Position numbers and translations under genes: made by a program. Shown here one piece after another: positions 9,304 through 19,256 of a DNA stretch of 64,000 nt. Under the pieces are notes generated by a model, which worked only from the letters and a program-made list of their open reading frames with translations, had not been told where the DNA came from and did no database searches. Every line of letters starts with the position of its first letter. The stretch's first letter is position 1. Source of the DNA: Candidatus Latescibacterota bacterium (GTDB lineage: Bacteria > Latescibacterota > UBA2968 > UBA8231). Where the stretch lies: the NCBI GenBank assembly GCA_963422735.1, contig OY730476.1, positions 704,001-768,000 of the forward strand, in the 5' to 3' direction.

Positions 9304-10746
9304 TTAAAGTCGATCCGCCTGCGCTTAGACAAGCCTTTGACCGGGCCGTACGACCGGCTTTTTCGCCGCCCCGGTCCCGAAGTCGCTGCACTGGCAGCGG
9401 GCGAAACGATGGCGATCATCCGCGGCACGCGGCTGCTGAAAGCCATGCCGTTATGGGAAAGCACGGCCGCGTGTTATTACGCCAAGGGCAAGGCGGGCAC
9501 CGGATGGTCGCCGGAAGATTTTAGGGACGCAGAGCAAGCCGAGCACTGGGCAGAGAAAGGGCTGGTGAACTCGCTGGCCGTGCCCATAGGCTACTTCAAG
9601 CTGCCCAATGCCGCTTGGGTCAGCGCGCTGGCGGCCGAACTGACGCCGTGGACGGCCCAACCTGTCGAAGCATGGCGGGCGGGGATTGAGCGGGACATTT
9701 GGCTGACGGTGCTGAGGGTGTATCGCTGTGCGTCCGTCCAACCGAAATTCTTGCGTCAAGGAATGGGCCTCCAGCGCGTCAGGCCCTTTGAGGTTGAGCA
9801 ATTGCAGCCGGTCATTTCAGAAAGTGAACTCAAGCGGCGAATGGAACAGATACAAGAAGCCGTAGAGCGGCATGCTCGTGGCGGCACTCGTGCAGATGCA
9901 CACTACGATGCCCAGGCCCTCGCCGCGGAGACCGGCTACACTGCCGACCAACTAAAGGGCTGGATTGACCAACTGCGGCGCAAGCAGCAGCTCATCCTAT
10001 ACGGCCCGCCCGGCACTGGCAAGACGTACTTGGCCGAGCGCTTGGCGCGCTATCTGGTGGCTGGCGGCGGTTTTAGCGAACTGGTCCAATTCCACGCCTC
10101 GTACGCGTATGAGGATTTCGTCCAGGGGATTCGGCCCCAGGTGGTAGAGGGCGCACTGCACTACGAATTGACTGCCGGGTGCTTTCTGCGGTTTTGCGAC
10201 AAGGCGCGCCAAGCCGGAGAAAAGCCCTGTGTGCTGATCATCGACGAAATAAACCGCGCAAACCTCGCGCGCGTTTTCGGCGAGCTAATGTACCTGTTGG
10301 AATACCGCCATCGCCCGATCGCGCTGGCCGGTGGCGGCGAAGAGTTTTCGATTCCCGCCAACGTCTATCTCGTCGGCACGATGAACACGGCCGACCGCTC
10401 GATCTCTTTAGTTGACCAAGCCATGCGGCGGCGATTCAGCTTTGTCCGCCTGCGCCCCAACTACCAGCTCCTGGCAAATTATCTCGCGAACAGGAGCTTA
10501 TCCTCGGAGAAGTTGGTCGCGTTACTAAAAGAAGTAAATCAATCCATTGGAGACGAGGACTGCGAGTTGGGCATTTCTTTTTTCATGGTCGCCGATATCG
10601 CCACGGCGCTGGCGCATATTTGGCAAGGCGAGGTCGAGCCGTATCTGGAGGAAGTGTTTTTCGATCGCCCGGACCAGATGGCGCGCTTTCGCTGGCCCAA
10701 GATGGCCGGGCGTTTGCCGGGTTGGGCGTGCGACGCTACGAGTTGA
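9295..10746 (+). CDS. mcrB: McrB-like AAA+ GTPase with atypical N-terminal domain
   Basis: GPPGTGKT, VQFHASYAYEDFVQG, IDEINRAN, MNTADRS and AMRRRF. Confidence 0.9.
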   Translation: MAQLKSIRLRLDKPLTGPYDRLFRRPGPEVAALAAGETMAIIRGTRLLKAMPLWESTAACYYAKGKAGTGWSPEDFRDAEQAEHWAEKGLVNSLAVPIGYFKLPNAAWVSALAAELTPWTAQPVEAWRAGIERDIWLTVLRVYRCASVQPKFLRQGMGLQRVRPFEVEQLQPVISESELKRRMEQIQEAVERHARGGTRADAHYDAQALAAETGYTADQLKGWIDQLRRKQQLILYGPPGTGKTYLAERLARYLVAGGGFSELVQFHASYAYEDFVQGIRPQVVEGALHYELTAGCFLRFCDKARQAGEKPCVLIIDEINRANLARVFGELMYLLEYRHRPIALAGGGEEFSIPANVYLVGTMNTADRSISLVDQAMRRRFSFVRLRPNYQLLANYLANRSLSSEKLVALLKEVNQSIGDEDCELGISFFMVADIATALAHIWQGEVEPYLEEVFFDRPDQMARFRWPKMAGRLPGWACDATS

Positions 10747-11888
10747 TCGAAGAGGAAGTGGCTGCGATTCCGGCCGCCGAGCTTGCGGTCGAACAGGTCC
10801 TGCACCTGCATGCCCAATACGCAAAAGAGTTGGAGTTCGGCTTCCCCAGCCCGCTCAATGGCCAGTGTTATCAGCTCAGGTCGCGGGGCTATGTCGGCGT
10901 GGTGCCATTGGGCGCGGATGCCGCCTTAGAAATCAATCCCAAAATACGTTGCTCACTGCTCATGCCCATGCTGGAGTACGCCTATCAGTTGCCCAAGATT
11001 AGCGGGTACAAGGCCCCAGCCACTATGGGGGATATCTACGAGTTTTGGGCCGAGGTACTCGCGCGCAAGGTCCTGCAACGGGTGCGGCGCGGGCTGTTTT
11101 GGGATTACCAAACCCGCGAAGGCCCCAGTCGGTGGGTGCGGGGGCGCATGTACCCCGAGCGCAGCAATCTGGGCGTTCACCCCTACTGTCGCTTTGCAGA
11201 GCACACGCCAGACATCATCGACAATCGCATCTTGGCCAACGCGCTGTACGGCCTGAGGTGCTTTGCCTTTCGCCGCGAAAGCACTCGGCAGATGGTCGGT
11301 CGAGCTTGGTGGGTGCTGAGCGAGCTAAATTACCGCCACATTCGCCCCGCAGATTGCCTCGGTGTAGCGTACCACAGGCTAAACGAGGACTACCAACCCA
11401 TGCATGCCCTGTGTTATCCCTTGCTCCAACAGCGAAGTCCGGCTTGGGGGCTGGGGGCCAAGGAAGGGCCGGCGTACCTGCTGCACATGCCGACCTTATT
11501 CGAACGGTTTTGCACGGCGTTCATCGACCACAAGCTAAATCACAGAGTCGAGCTAAAAGCCCAGTATCACACGCGACTAAAGGGAACGGAGCGGCTTTCT
11601 TTTCGCTTGGATATGGCCCTGTTTTCAGCGGCAACTGGGCAGCCGCTGGCAGTAGTTGATGCCAAGTACAAGGTCGGCGGTCCCTCGGAAAACGATGTGC
11701 AGCAGGTGGTTGCCTATGCGGTGCAGCTAGGTACGCGCCGCGCCTTTTTGCTCTATCCGAGCAGCGATATGGACGAGCAGTTTGAGGTCGGTTTAGTAAC
11801 GGTACAAGCACTCGGGTACGATTTTGAAGCCGAGGATCTAGAAAGAGCGGGCCAGCGCGTGATCCGCAAAATAGAAAATGCTATATAA
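10728..11888 (+). CDS. mcrC: McrC-like PD-(D/E)xK nuclease subunit
   Basis: YVGVV..LEINPK, MPTLFERF, LDMAL..VVDAKYK and DVQQVVAYA; GTG start overlaps mcrB. Confidence 0.88.
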   Translation: MRRYELIEEEVAAIPAAELAVEQVLHLHAQYAKELEFGFPSPLNGQCYQLRSRGYVGVVPLGADAALEINPKIRCSLLMPMLEYAYQLPKISGYKAPATMGDIYEFWAEVLARKVLQRVRRGLFWDYQTREGPSRWVRGRMYPERSNLGVHPYCRFAEHTPDIIDNRILANALYGLRCFAFRRESTRQMVGRAWWVLSELNYRHIRPADCLGVAYHRLNEDYQPMHALCYPLLQQRSPAWGLGAKEGPAYLLHMPTLFERFCTAFIDHKLNHRVELKAQYHTRLKGTERLSFRLDMALFSAATGQPLAVVDAKYKVGGPSENDVQQVVAYAVQLGTRRAFLLYPSSDMDEQFEVGLVTVQALGYDFEAEDLERAGQRVIRKIENAI

Positions 11889-11905
11889 AAATTAATATGT
11901 AAATA
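11878..11905 (+). repeat. dif-like site A: ATGCTATATAA-AAATTA-ATATGTAAATA
   Basis: 11-6-11 layout; right arm resembles the XerD arm TTATGTAAACT; mcrC stop TAA lies in the left arm; 20 bp identical to site B. Confidence 0.65.
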
Positions 11906-11921
11906 CAATATTAGAAAAAAA

Positions 11922-13175
11922 TCAAGACTCAACGAGAAACAAACTCAACTCAGCCCAGTAAGTAATCACAACTAAGCAAGCCAACAGAATCAACAGAAAA
12001 GGCAAGGAAACGCGGTAGAGCCGATGTACGGGCTGTTCAAAGCGAATGCTGGCAATAAAGAGATTGAGCCCAATCGGCGGCGTCGAGTAGCCGATTTCCA
12101 AGTTGGTCAAAAAAATGATCCCGAGGTGAATGGGATGCACATCGTATGCTGCGGCGATGGGCACGATCAGGGGCACGACGATGAGGAGGGCAGAGAACAT
12201 GTCGATCATACAGCCCACAGCTAGCAGAAATACATTGAGGAGAATCAAGAAGAGCGGGCGGCTGCTGATGTGAGTCTCTATATAGGCGAGCAAGCGCGTT
12301 GGAATTTCCGCATCAACGAGGTAGTTGGTATAGGCCATGGCGGCGGCCAAGACAACGAAAATGCCGCCGACGAGCACCATGCTGTCGCAGATGATTTTTG
12401 GCAGTTGCCCGATAGAGACCTCACGGCGGATTAGCACCACCACCACCAGAGCGTACAGAGTGCTCAAGGCCGCAGCCTCGCTGACGGCGATGATCCCCCC
12501 GTAGATCCCCCCGAAGATCACCAGCGGCAAAAGAAGCTCCCAACTACACTCGACAAAGGCCTGCGGCAATTGGTGCCACCCGATGGGGTGCTCGGGCGCG
12601 GCACTGCGCCGGCCTTGGAATAAGCTGTAGCAAGACAGCGCACCTACCAAAAGCAGGCCGGGGGCGATGCCCGCGATGAAAAGCTGATCTACCGGCGTCT
12701 CGGATACGATGCCGTAGATGATCAGCGGCAGGCTCGGGGGGAAGAGCAATCCCAAGCTGCCCGAGGTGGTAATCAGCCCGAGGGAAAACGAATCGGGCAG
12801 GCGCTGTTGTCGCAGAGCGGGCAAGAGCAGCCCACCGAGCGCGACGATCGTCATTCCCGAAGCCCCAGTCAAAGCAGTGAAGAGGGCGCAGACGACAATG
12901 GCCATAATGGCCAGCCCCCCTGGTAGCCAGCCGAGCAAAGCTTGGGAGAAGCGCACTAGCCGGGCCGGTGCGCCGCTTTCAGCGAGGACGAAACCCGTGA
13001 GGGCGAAGAGCGGAATAGCCGTTAAGGTCGGCGTTTCGGCTATCCGGTACATCTCGATGAAGACGACGGTTAAATCGATCTCGGCGAAGGAGAAGTGCAG
13101 AAGGGCCATCGCGCTGATGACCACAAAGAGCGGGACCCCGGCTAGGGCGGCTAGGGCGGCTAGGAGGCTGCTCAC
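11922..13175 (-). CDS. dctM: TRAP transporter large permease
   Basis: AIPLFAL.G, GSLGLLFPPS, DQLFIAGIAPG and TPPIGLNLF; GTG start at 13175. Confidence 0.9.
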   Translation of the reverse strand: MSSLLAALAALAGVPLFVVISAMALLHFSFAEIDLTVVFIEMYRIAETPTLTAIPLFALTGFVLAESGAPARLVRFSQALLGWLPGGLAIMAIVVCALFTALTGASGMTIVALGGLLLPALRQQRLPDSFSLGLITTSGSLGLLFPPSLPLIIYGIVSETPVDQLFIAGIAPGLLLVGALSCYSLFQGRRSAAPEHPIGWHQLPQAFVECSWELLLPLVIFGGIYGGIIAVSEAAALSTLYALVVVVLIRREVSIGQLPKIICDSMVLVGGIFVVLAAAMAYTNYLVDAEIPTRLLAYIETHISSRPLFLILLNVFLLAVGCMIDMFSALLIVVPLIVPIAAAYDVHPIHLGIIFLTNLEIGYSTPPIGLNLFIASIRFEQPVHRLYRVSLPFLLILLACLVVITYWAELSLFLVES

Positions 13176-13648
13176 GGGCGATCTGCGGGGGCGCGGAGGC
13201 GTCGCCCGCCCTGCAAGAGGAAGCGCAGCCCCATCAGGCCAAAGACGAGGGGAAAGCACAATTGGGCGATCCAAGCGGGGACGGCAAAGAAAGCCATCGT
13301 GCCGAATGCGCGTTCGTCGAGTACGAAGCACCCGGCGATATAGGCTAGATAGGCGCAAAGCGCGACGGCAAAAAAGTCCGCGCCACTCAAGACGATGGCT
13401 CGCACCCGGGCGGGTAGCAGGCGCAACGCAGCGTCAATGCGGATGTGTTTGTCGAGCCGGGTGGCCATCAAAGCACCGGCTAGCCCAATCCACAACACGA
13501 GATGCCGCACGAGGCTTTCGGTGCCCAAGAAGGTGATGGAAAACAGGTTGCGCATGAGAATCTGTCCGCAGGTCAGCACTAGCAAGCAGGTTACCAAAAG
13601 GACGAGGAAGCCGGTCTCGAATCGGTGGAGGAAGTGCTGACCGCTCAA
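13172..13648 (-). CDS. dctQ: TRAP transporter small permease
   Basis: QILMRN and KHIRID motifs; 4 TM. Confidence 0.85.
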   Translation of the reverse strand: MSGQHFLHRFETGFLVLLVTCLLVLTCGQILMRNLFSITFLGTESLVRHLVLWIGLAGALMATRLDKHIRIDAALRLLPARVRAIVLSGADFFAVALCAYLAYIAGCFVLDERAFGTMAFFAVPAWIAQLCFPLVFGLMGLRFLLQGGRRLRAPADRP

Positions 13649-14649
13649 GGGGAAGTCCGGCGGAAGTCCTGAAGGTGTCGCGCTATTTGCTCGTGGGCCG
13701 CACGGGAAAAGGCCCGGCCTACAAGCTCGGCTTCGGCACTGGGTACGAGGCTCTTGAAGGTCTCTACATCTTTAGGGCTAACCTCAACCAGCGACAGGCC
13801 ATTTTTCTGTAACACGGCCATGGCCTCGTCGTTTTCTCGGCGGTTGTGCTGCCCTAAGGCGGCCAGGTGCTGCTGCGCTATGCGGTGGATGCGCTCGCGG
13901 TCGGCGGCGGGAATTTTGTCAAAAACCCGCTTGTCGAGCAAGAGAGCGCCTAGGATGTAGTTGATGGGAAGTTGGGTGACGTATTTTGCGCGGGTAAACC
14001 ATTGAAGAAGGATGGTCGCCGACGGTGAGGCGTACACTACATCGATTAGGTTGGTCTGCAAGCCGAGGAGAACATCCGGGATGTTCAAGGGAACCGAAGT
14101 AACGCCGGCTAAACGGAAAAGCACGGAGGTAATTGGTTCATCGGGTAGCTGCCATACCTTTTGGGTGCGCATGTCCTCGACGGTAGCTACGGGTTGCTGC
14201 GAGAGAATGTGGACAAAGCCGATGTCGGCCCAACCGAGCAAGACATAGCCTTGTTCCTCGTATCCCCGCCGATAAAAGGCCTCCATTTTCTCGAGCACGT
14301 AATCTACTTCGGCATAGCTGTCGAAGAGGAAGGGCATTTCCAGCGCGAGGACATCGGGAAAGGTCTGGCTGATGCCTAGGCCGCCAAAATTACCGCCGTG
14401 GAGCTGGCCGATGCGCATCTTGCGCAAGACGACTTTCTCTTCGCCTTGGACGCCGCCGGGATAGATTTTGAACCCCACGTTGTCGCCCGTCTCTCGCCGC
14501 ACATCTGCATCAATGGTGCGGAGGGTCTTGGCATAGCTGCTGCCCTCCGGGGCAAGGGTTGCAATTTTGAGGAGGTGATTGGGTTGGGCCGCGACAGAGT
14601 TGGCTATGAGTGCGGCGGCGACCGCGAGAAGCCCCTTAAAAGAAATCAT
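13645..14649 (-). CDS. dctP: TRAP substrate-binding protein (TatP type)
   Basis: KIATLAPEGS, YPGGVQG.E..VLRKMRIGQL and GLQTNLID. Confidence 0.9.
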   Translation of the reverse strand: MISFKGLLAVAAALIANSVAAQPNHLLKIATLAPEGSSYAKTLRTIDADVRRETGDNVGFKIYPGGVQGEEKVVLRKMRIGQLHGGNFGGLGISQTFPDVLALEMPFLFDSYAEVDYVLEKMEAFYRRGYEEQGYVLLGWADIGFVHILSQQPVATVEDMRTQKVWQLPDEPITSVLFRLAGVTSVPLNIPDVLLGLQTNLIDVVYASPSATILLQWFTRAKYVTQLPINYILGALLLDKRVFDKIPAADRERIHRIAQQHLAALGQHNRRENDEAMAVLQKNGLSLVEVSPKDVETFKSLVPSAEAELVGRAFSRAAHEQIARHLQDFRRTSP

Positions 14650-15505
14650 CGGCTTGGTCTAGCAGGATCTGCGCCTGTTTTTGGGCGGCGATGTTTTGCA
14701 AGGTAAGCTCGGGTACGGCGTCCGCCGGGCTGGTTAGGGCTTGGTTGAGCAGGGATTCGTATAGCCCCCGGTCAAAAGTGTTTCGGGCATAGAACTTGGC
14801 CTTGGCTACGTACACTATGAGCACCTGTCCTTTGCTGATGGCCACTGCTCGATCGAAGTGTTCGGCGGCCTTTTCCGGGTCGCCACCCAACATCGGCGGC
14901 AGGGCTGCGTAATAGGACCCCAAAAAGACATGGGGACTCCCGTATTGAAAAGTCTCGTCTTGGGCCACGATCCACTGCATGAGTTTAATGACTTTGGGCA
15001 ATTCGGCCAGCGCCGCCATGGATTCAATATTGGCACTAATCCAAGCACCCCAGCTCGAAGCGGCCCAGAACACGACCGGCAGGTCTGATGCCTCTAAAGC
15101 ATCGGCGACGCGGATAAATTCAGCATAAGGTGCTTGGAGTAAACCGGGTTGACTAAGGTGCTGAGCAAGGGCTTTGAGGCCGTACTCCTTGGCCCGGTAG
15201 TACAGGTGCTTGGCCCGTTGAGGATCATCGACTTCGACCAAAGTGGCGTAGGAAGTATAGGTCTCAGCAGCACTTAAGAGCAATTGTGGGTCTTGGGGAT
15301 TGGCCTCTAGCAGCCCCTCTAATAAGAGCAGGAAGGTAGGTACGCCCGAGACGACCAAATCCAAGTCGTCGTGGCGGGCTGTGGCCACACTGACGTCCTC
15401 TATCAGCGAACCCACTAGCGCGGACTGCAACCTAGCAGCGCACCCGAGCGGCCCAAAGGCAAAGGCCGCCAGCAAGACCGTTGTCAAAATGTGTTTAGCT
15501 ACCAT
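14636..15505 (-). CDS. TRAP-associated TatT lipoprotein
   Basis: Lipobox GPLGC; LPPMLGGDPEKAAEHFDRA; directly upstream of dctP. Confidence 0.8.
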   Translation of the reverse strand: MVAKHILTTVLLAAFAFGPLGCAARLQSALVGSLIEDVSVATARHDDLDLVVSGVPTFLLLLEGLLEANPQDPQLLLSAAETYTSYATLVEVDDPQRAKHLYYRAKEYGLKALAQHLSQPGLLQAPYAEFIRVADALEASDLPVVFWAASSWGAWISANIESMAALAELPKVIKLMQWIVAQDETFQYGSPHVFLGSYYAALPPMLGGDPEKAAEHFDRAVAISKGQVLIVYVAKAKFYARNTFDRGLYESLLNQALTSPADAVPELTLQNIAAQKQAQILLDQADDFF

Positions 15506-15534
15506 TCGGACTCAAGAAATCGGCTAAAAGGATG

Positions 15535-16599
15535 CTAGAACGAGTTCCTCGCTTCCTCAGCCTCTATTGTGACGCGTAAGCACTCATAGGGGTCGCCGTC
15601 TTCAGCACAGGCCGCAAAAATCTCCAAGGCACCGGCCAAGTCCTCGCCGCGGGCGCGATACACAGCGGAAAAAAGTGCTAGATTGGCGTTGTAGCGACGA
15701 TAAGACAGAAGCCGTGCATTGTTTAGTTCCCACTGGAGGAACCCATCGTACTGGTTGTGGGTAAACTGCGTTCTAATGAGGGCGAAATCGCGCTGGCACT
15801 GGGCAAAAACAACCTGCCTGTCGCGCAGAACAACGCTGCGGGGTAAGCCCAGCGAGTAGAGGCTGTCTAGTGCTGCCACGGTCTCGGCCATAAAGTGCCG
15901 AAAGAGAGCCGCGTCCGCTCGGTGCGCTTCGGCCTGTTGCAAGAGCGGGGTATCGGTGCCGAAGTGCCGCACCAAGAAGAGCAGGGATCCTTGGCGGCCG
16001 ACGAAGGTCGCCAAGCTCTCGTTGTAATCGGTCTGCCCTCGGGCATAGACGAGGGCGTGAGTCAGTTCGTGGAGGATTAAATCGGCTAGCTGGTCGGGTG
16101 CGTAGCCGACCATTGAGCTGAGAATTGGATCGGAGAAAATTCCCAAGGTGCTGTAGGCACTGACTGGGCGAACGATTGCGTCATATCCTGCGGCGGCAAG
16201 GGCATCGCGCTGCTCATCGGCCAAATCGAGGCGAAAGAAACCTTTGTAGGGGACCTCGCCGACGAGCGGAAAATCCCAAGTATAGGGCGAGAAGCGATCG
16301 GGCGGAGAAGCACTGACATTCCAACTGATCGGGTCGCCACCTGTATCGTAGAAGGTCGTGTAATGATCGTCTGTTTTCAGACCCACACTTTCGGCGTAGC
16401 GAAGAATGGCTTGGATTAGCTCCAGTTGCGTCCGAGTTTGCTCGGCTAAGTCGGGTCGGGCGAGGAGGGCTTGGACTGAGATGCGCTTGTACACCACGCG
16501 GCTTTGGCCGCGGGCTAGATGCCAATAGTAATTGAGATTGCAGCCACAGACGCCCAATAGGCTAAGTCCGATGAGAACTCGATATAGACGAGACATCAA
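15535..16599 (-). CDS. Putative Zn aminopeptidase lipoprotein
   Basis: W.FPLVG.VPYKGFF, AYSTLG.F.DP, HELTH and YNESLATFV. Confidence 0.8.
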   Translation of the reverse strand: MMSRLYRVLIGLSLLGVCGCNLNYYWHLARGQSRVVYKRISVQALLARPDLAEQTRTQLELIQAILRYAESVGLKTDDHYTTFYDTGGDPISWNVSASPPDRFSPYTWDFPLVGEVPYKGFFRLDLADEQRDALAAAGYDAIVRPVSAYSTLGIFSDPILSSMVGYAPDQLADLILHELTHALVYARGQTDYNESLATFVGRQGSLLFLVRHFGTDTPLLQQAEAHRADAALFRHFMAETVAALDSLYSLGLPRSVVLRDRQVVFAQCQRDFALIRTQFTHNQYDGFLQWELNNARLLSYRRYNANLALFSAVYRARGEDLAGALEIFAACAEDGDPYECLRVTIEAEEARNSF

Positions 16600-16656
16600 G
16601 TCGGATCGCGGCCAGCAGCCACTTGTGCGTCTTAATAGGAGAGCAAGCCAGCTAAC

Positions 16657-17142
16657 CTAGAGTTTGCCGACGATCCTTTCTCCATCGAAGACCACATTGC
16701 CTTCTTTGTCGAGGACGCGGCCGTCGCTGGTAAACTCGTACTTCATGGATTGACCCAAGGTCAGGTGGCGTTGCACTTCATCTAAGTCTTGGTATTTCTC
16801 GATAAGCTTTTCAATCGGCCCTTCAAACGAAGTCTGCTGCCACTTAGGACGATCCTTGTTGTGGGCGGCCCGCTCCTCAGCCGTCATGATGGGCAGGCGC
16901 TCGGCAGCGGGGGTAAATCGTCCGGCCATGGCCTGTTGGCGGCGATATTTCTCGTGGCGTTTCTCCGATTCGGTCAGCATTTCTTCGGGAATGGCCTCGA
17001 AGCCAGTATCTTGGTCGGCCCCTTGTTCCCGGCGTTTTTGCTGTTCTTCTTGGACCTCGCGCGAAAGGCGCTGTTGGCGCTCGTGGTCCAAGCTATTGTC
17101 GGTACCTAATCTCCGCAGTACATGTAGCGCGGCTTTGTTCAT
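16657..17142 (-). CDS. Hypothetical charged protein
   Basis: 161-aa ORF with upstream GGAGG; no motif recognised. Confidence 0.6.
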   Translation of the reverse strand: MNKAALHVLRRLGTDNSLDHERQQRLSREVQEEQQKRREQGADQDTGFEAIPEEMLTESEKRHEKYRRQQAMAGRFTPAAERLPIMTAEERAAHNKDRPKWQQTSFEGPIEKLIEKYQDLDEVQRHLTLGQSMKYEFTSDGRVLDKEGNVVFDGERIVGKL

Positions 17143-17344
17143 AGCGAATGCGCTGCCTCCCTGAAAATTGCGTACAGTGTGTCCAAAATTAGCTAGTGCT
17201 AGAAGATATAAGGGGGCGGGTGATTTGGCAAATCCAAATCACCTTGGTTATTATAGATTAGGTAGTAACAGATGCTCTCTATGCCGGGGTGCTCAGAACC
17301 AAGGCTACAGAGTCGAGATTTAACTTTTTGGATGGAGATATAGG

Positions 17345-18364
17345 ATGAGTTTTTTATCGCGTTTCTTTTCGCATGAAATAGGTATAGACTTGGGCACCGC
17401 CAATACCTTGGTGTTGGTCAAAGACAAGGGAATCGTCCTCAACGAGCCCTCGGTTGTAGCCCGCCAAGTCTCCACCCAAAAAATCATTGCCGTCGGTAAA
17501 GAGGCCAAGCAGATGATGGGGCGTGAAAACGCCGGCATTCAAATAATTCGCCCACTGAAGGACGGCGTCATCGCCGATTTTGAAGTTACCGAAGAGATGA
17601 TTCGCCACTTTATCCGCAAAGTAAAAAAGACCAAACTCTTTGTGCGGCCCAAGATCGTGGTGGCGGTCCCGGCAGGCAGCACTGAAGTAGAGAAGCGGGC
17701 CGTGCGAAACTCCTGCGAGCGCGTGGGGGCCAGAGAAGTCCATCTGGTCAGCGAGCCTATGGCCGCGGCCATAGGCATGGGATTGCCGGTCGATCAAGCT
17801 GTCGGCTCAATGGTCATCGATATCGGCGGCGGGACGACGGAGGTTGCCGTAATCGCCCTTTCAGGTCTCGTCGAACACGAGTCGTTGCGGGTGGCCGGAG
17901 ACGCCATGGATCAGGCAATTATCGAGTGGATGCGCAGAAAGCACAACCTGCTTATTGGCGTCCAAGGTGCCGAGTCCATCAAATGGAAAATCGGGTCAGT
18001 GATGGAGTTGGATGCAGAAGAGAGTGTCTCGGTGAGCGGTCGCGATTCCGTAGCCGGATTACCCAAAACCTTACCGGTGGACTCAGTTGAGATAAGAGAA
18101 GCCCTATCCAGTTCCGTAACCCAAATCGTCGCCAGTGTGCTCAGAGTGTTAGAGAGGATACCGCCCGACTTGGCGGCGGATATCCTCGATAGGGGCATGG
18201 TGCTCTGTGGCGGTGGGAGCATGCTGCGGGGGCTGAAGGAGCATCTGTTTGAGAAGACGAATTTGCCTACTTATGTCGATAGTGAAGACCCCCTTTCGGC
18301 CGTAGTGCGGGGCAATGCCTGTATTCTTGAAGAGTTTGATAACTATCGCCAAGTTTTGATCTAA
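17345..18364 (+). CDS. mreB: Rod shape-determining protein MreB
   Basis: IGIDLGTANT, PLKDGVIADF and DIGGGTTEVA. Confidence 0.96.
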   Translation: MSFLSRFFSHEIGIDLGTANTLVLVKDKGIVLNEPSVVARQVSTQKIIAVGKEAKQMMGRENAGIQIIRPLKDGVIADFEVTEEMIRHFIRKVKKTKLFVRPKIVVAVPAGSTEVEKRAVRNSCERVGAREVHLVSEPMAAAIGMGLPVDQAVGSMVIDIGGGTTEVAVIALSGLVEHESLRVAGDAMDQAIIEWMRRKHNLLIGVQGAESIKWKIGSVMELDAEESVSVSGRDSVAGLPKTLPVDSVEIREALSSSVTQIVASVLRVLERIPPDLAADILDRGMVLCGGGSMLRGLKEHLFEKTNLPTYVDSEDPLSAVVRGNACILEEFDNYRQVLI

Positions 18365-19147
18365 TTGACTATGGCCAATACCCGGGAGCTCCTCGTTATT
18401 GGGCTAGCCGTTGCCTGTGCCTTGATTTTAATGAGCTTACCTCGCCCCTATAAGGCCTACATTGCCGAACAGTGCCAAGTCGGTTTATTGGCATCAGGTC
18501 AAGCACTGTTTTCGCAAGTTATCCGCTCTGCCCGCAACGAGGAAAAGAGCCGTTTTCTCCTGACTCAAAACGCAGTCCTAGCCCTCGACAACATGCAGCT
18601 ACAGGAAGCTGGATGGGAAAATGTGCGTCTGCGCAAGGCCTTGTCCTTTCGGCCTCTAGATGGGGACACACGCGTTATTTCTGCCGAGGTGATCGGCCGA
18701 GACCCCGACCACATTTACGACACGATCGTCATCAATGTTGGTCGTGACCTCGGTGTAGATAAGGATATGCCCGTGGTAACCCCCGAAGGGCTCGTCGGGC
18801 ACATTGCCCAAGTGGGCGCATCGGACTCGGTCGTGCAGTTGTTGATGCGCACGAGGGTTAGTGCTCTCATCCAAGCGACGCGCGCCCAAGGCATTGTTTC
18901 GTGGATCGATGGCCATCGGTTCCGGTTGCGATTCGTCGAAGCGAGCAACTTGGTGCGGGAGGGCGATTTAGTCGTGTCGTCGGGGTTGGGTGGGCGCTAC
19001 CCCAAGGGCATACCGATTGGCGCGGTGGTAGAGGTTAATCAGGAGAAACGGGCCCCGGTCTTTTTGCAGGTTATCCTCAAATCGGTTGTGGATTTCTCTG
19101 TACTCGAAGCGGTTTTCGTACTCGACAAAGACCTCGGCTCGGGCTAA
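18365..19147 (+). CDS. mreC: Rod shape-determining protein MreC
   Basis: EN.RLR..L, VIGRDP, GLVG and SSGLGGRYPKGIPIG. Confidence 0.9.
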   Translation: MTMANTRELLVIGLAVACALILMSLPRPYKAYIAEQCQVGLLASGQALFSQVIRSARNEEKSRFLLTQNAVLALDNMQLQEAGWENVRLRKALSFRPLDGDTRVISAEVIGRDPDHIYDTIVINVGRDLGVDKDMPVVTPEGLVGHIAQVGASDSVVQLLMRTRVSALIQATRAQGIVSWIDGHRFRLRFVEASNLVREGDLVVSSGLGGRYPKGIPIGAVVEVNQEKRAPVFLQVILKSVVDFSVLEAVFVLDKDLGSG

Positions 19148-19163
19148 GAGGATGCTGCTTGCC

Positions 19164-19192
19164 TTGACAGAGCATGAGCAGTGCCATATCCT
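19164..19192 (+). promoter_or_regulatory. Sigma70-type promoter (TTGACA-17-TATCCT) for HU-bS22-tRNA unit
   Basis: Consensus -35 and 17-bp spacer. Confidence 0.6.
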
Positions 19193-19256
19193 TTAAAACT
19201 GTTTGTTGGCGTGATAGTTAACGCGATTTCAATCCACCCAAATAGAGAGTACGGTC

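Noticed and set aside
13141-13165. Tandem GCTAGGGCG repeats
   Set aside because: Encode the LAALAALA helix at the DctM N-terminus.
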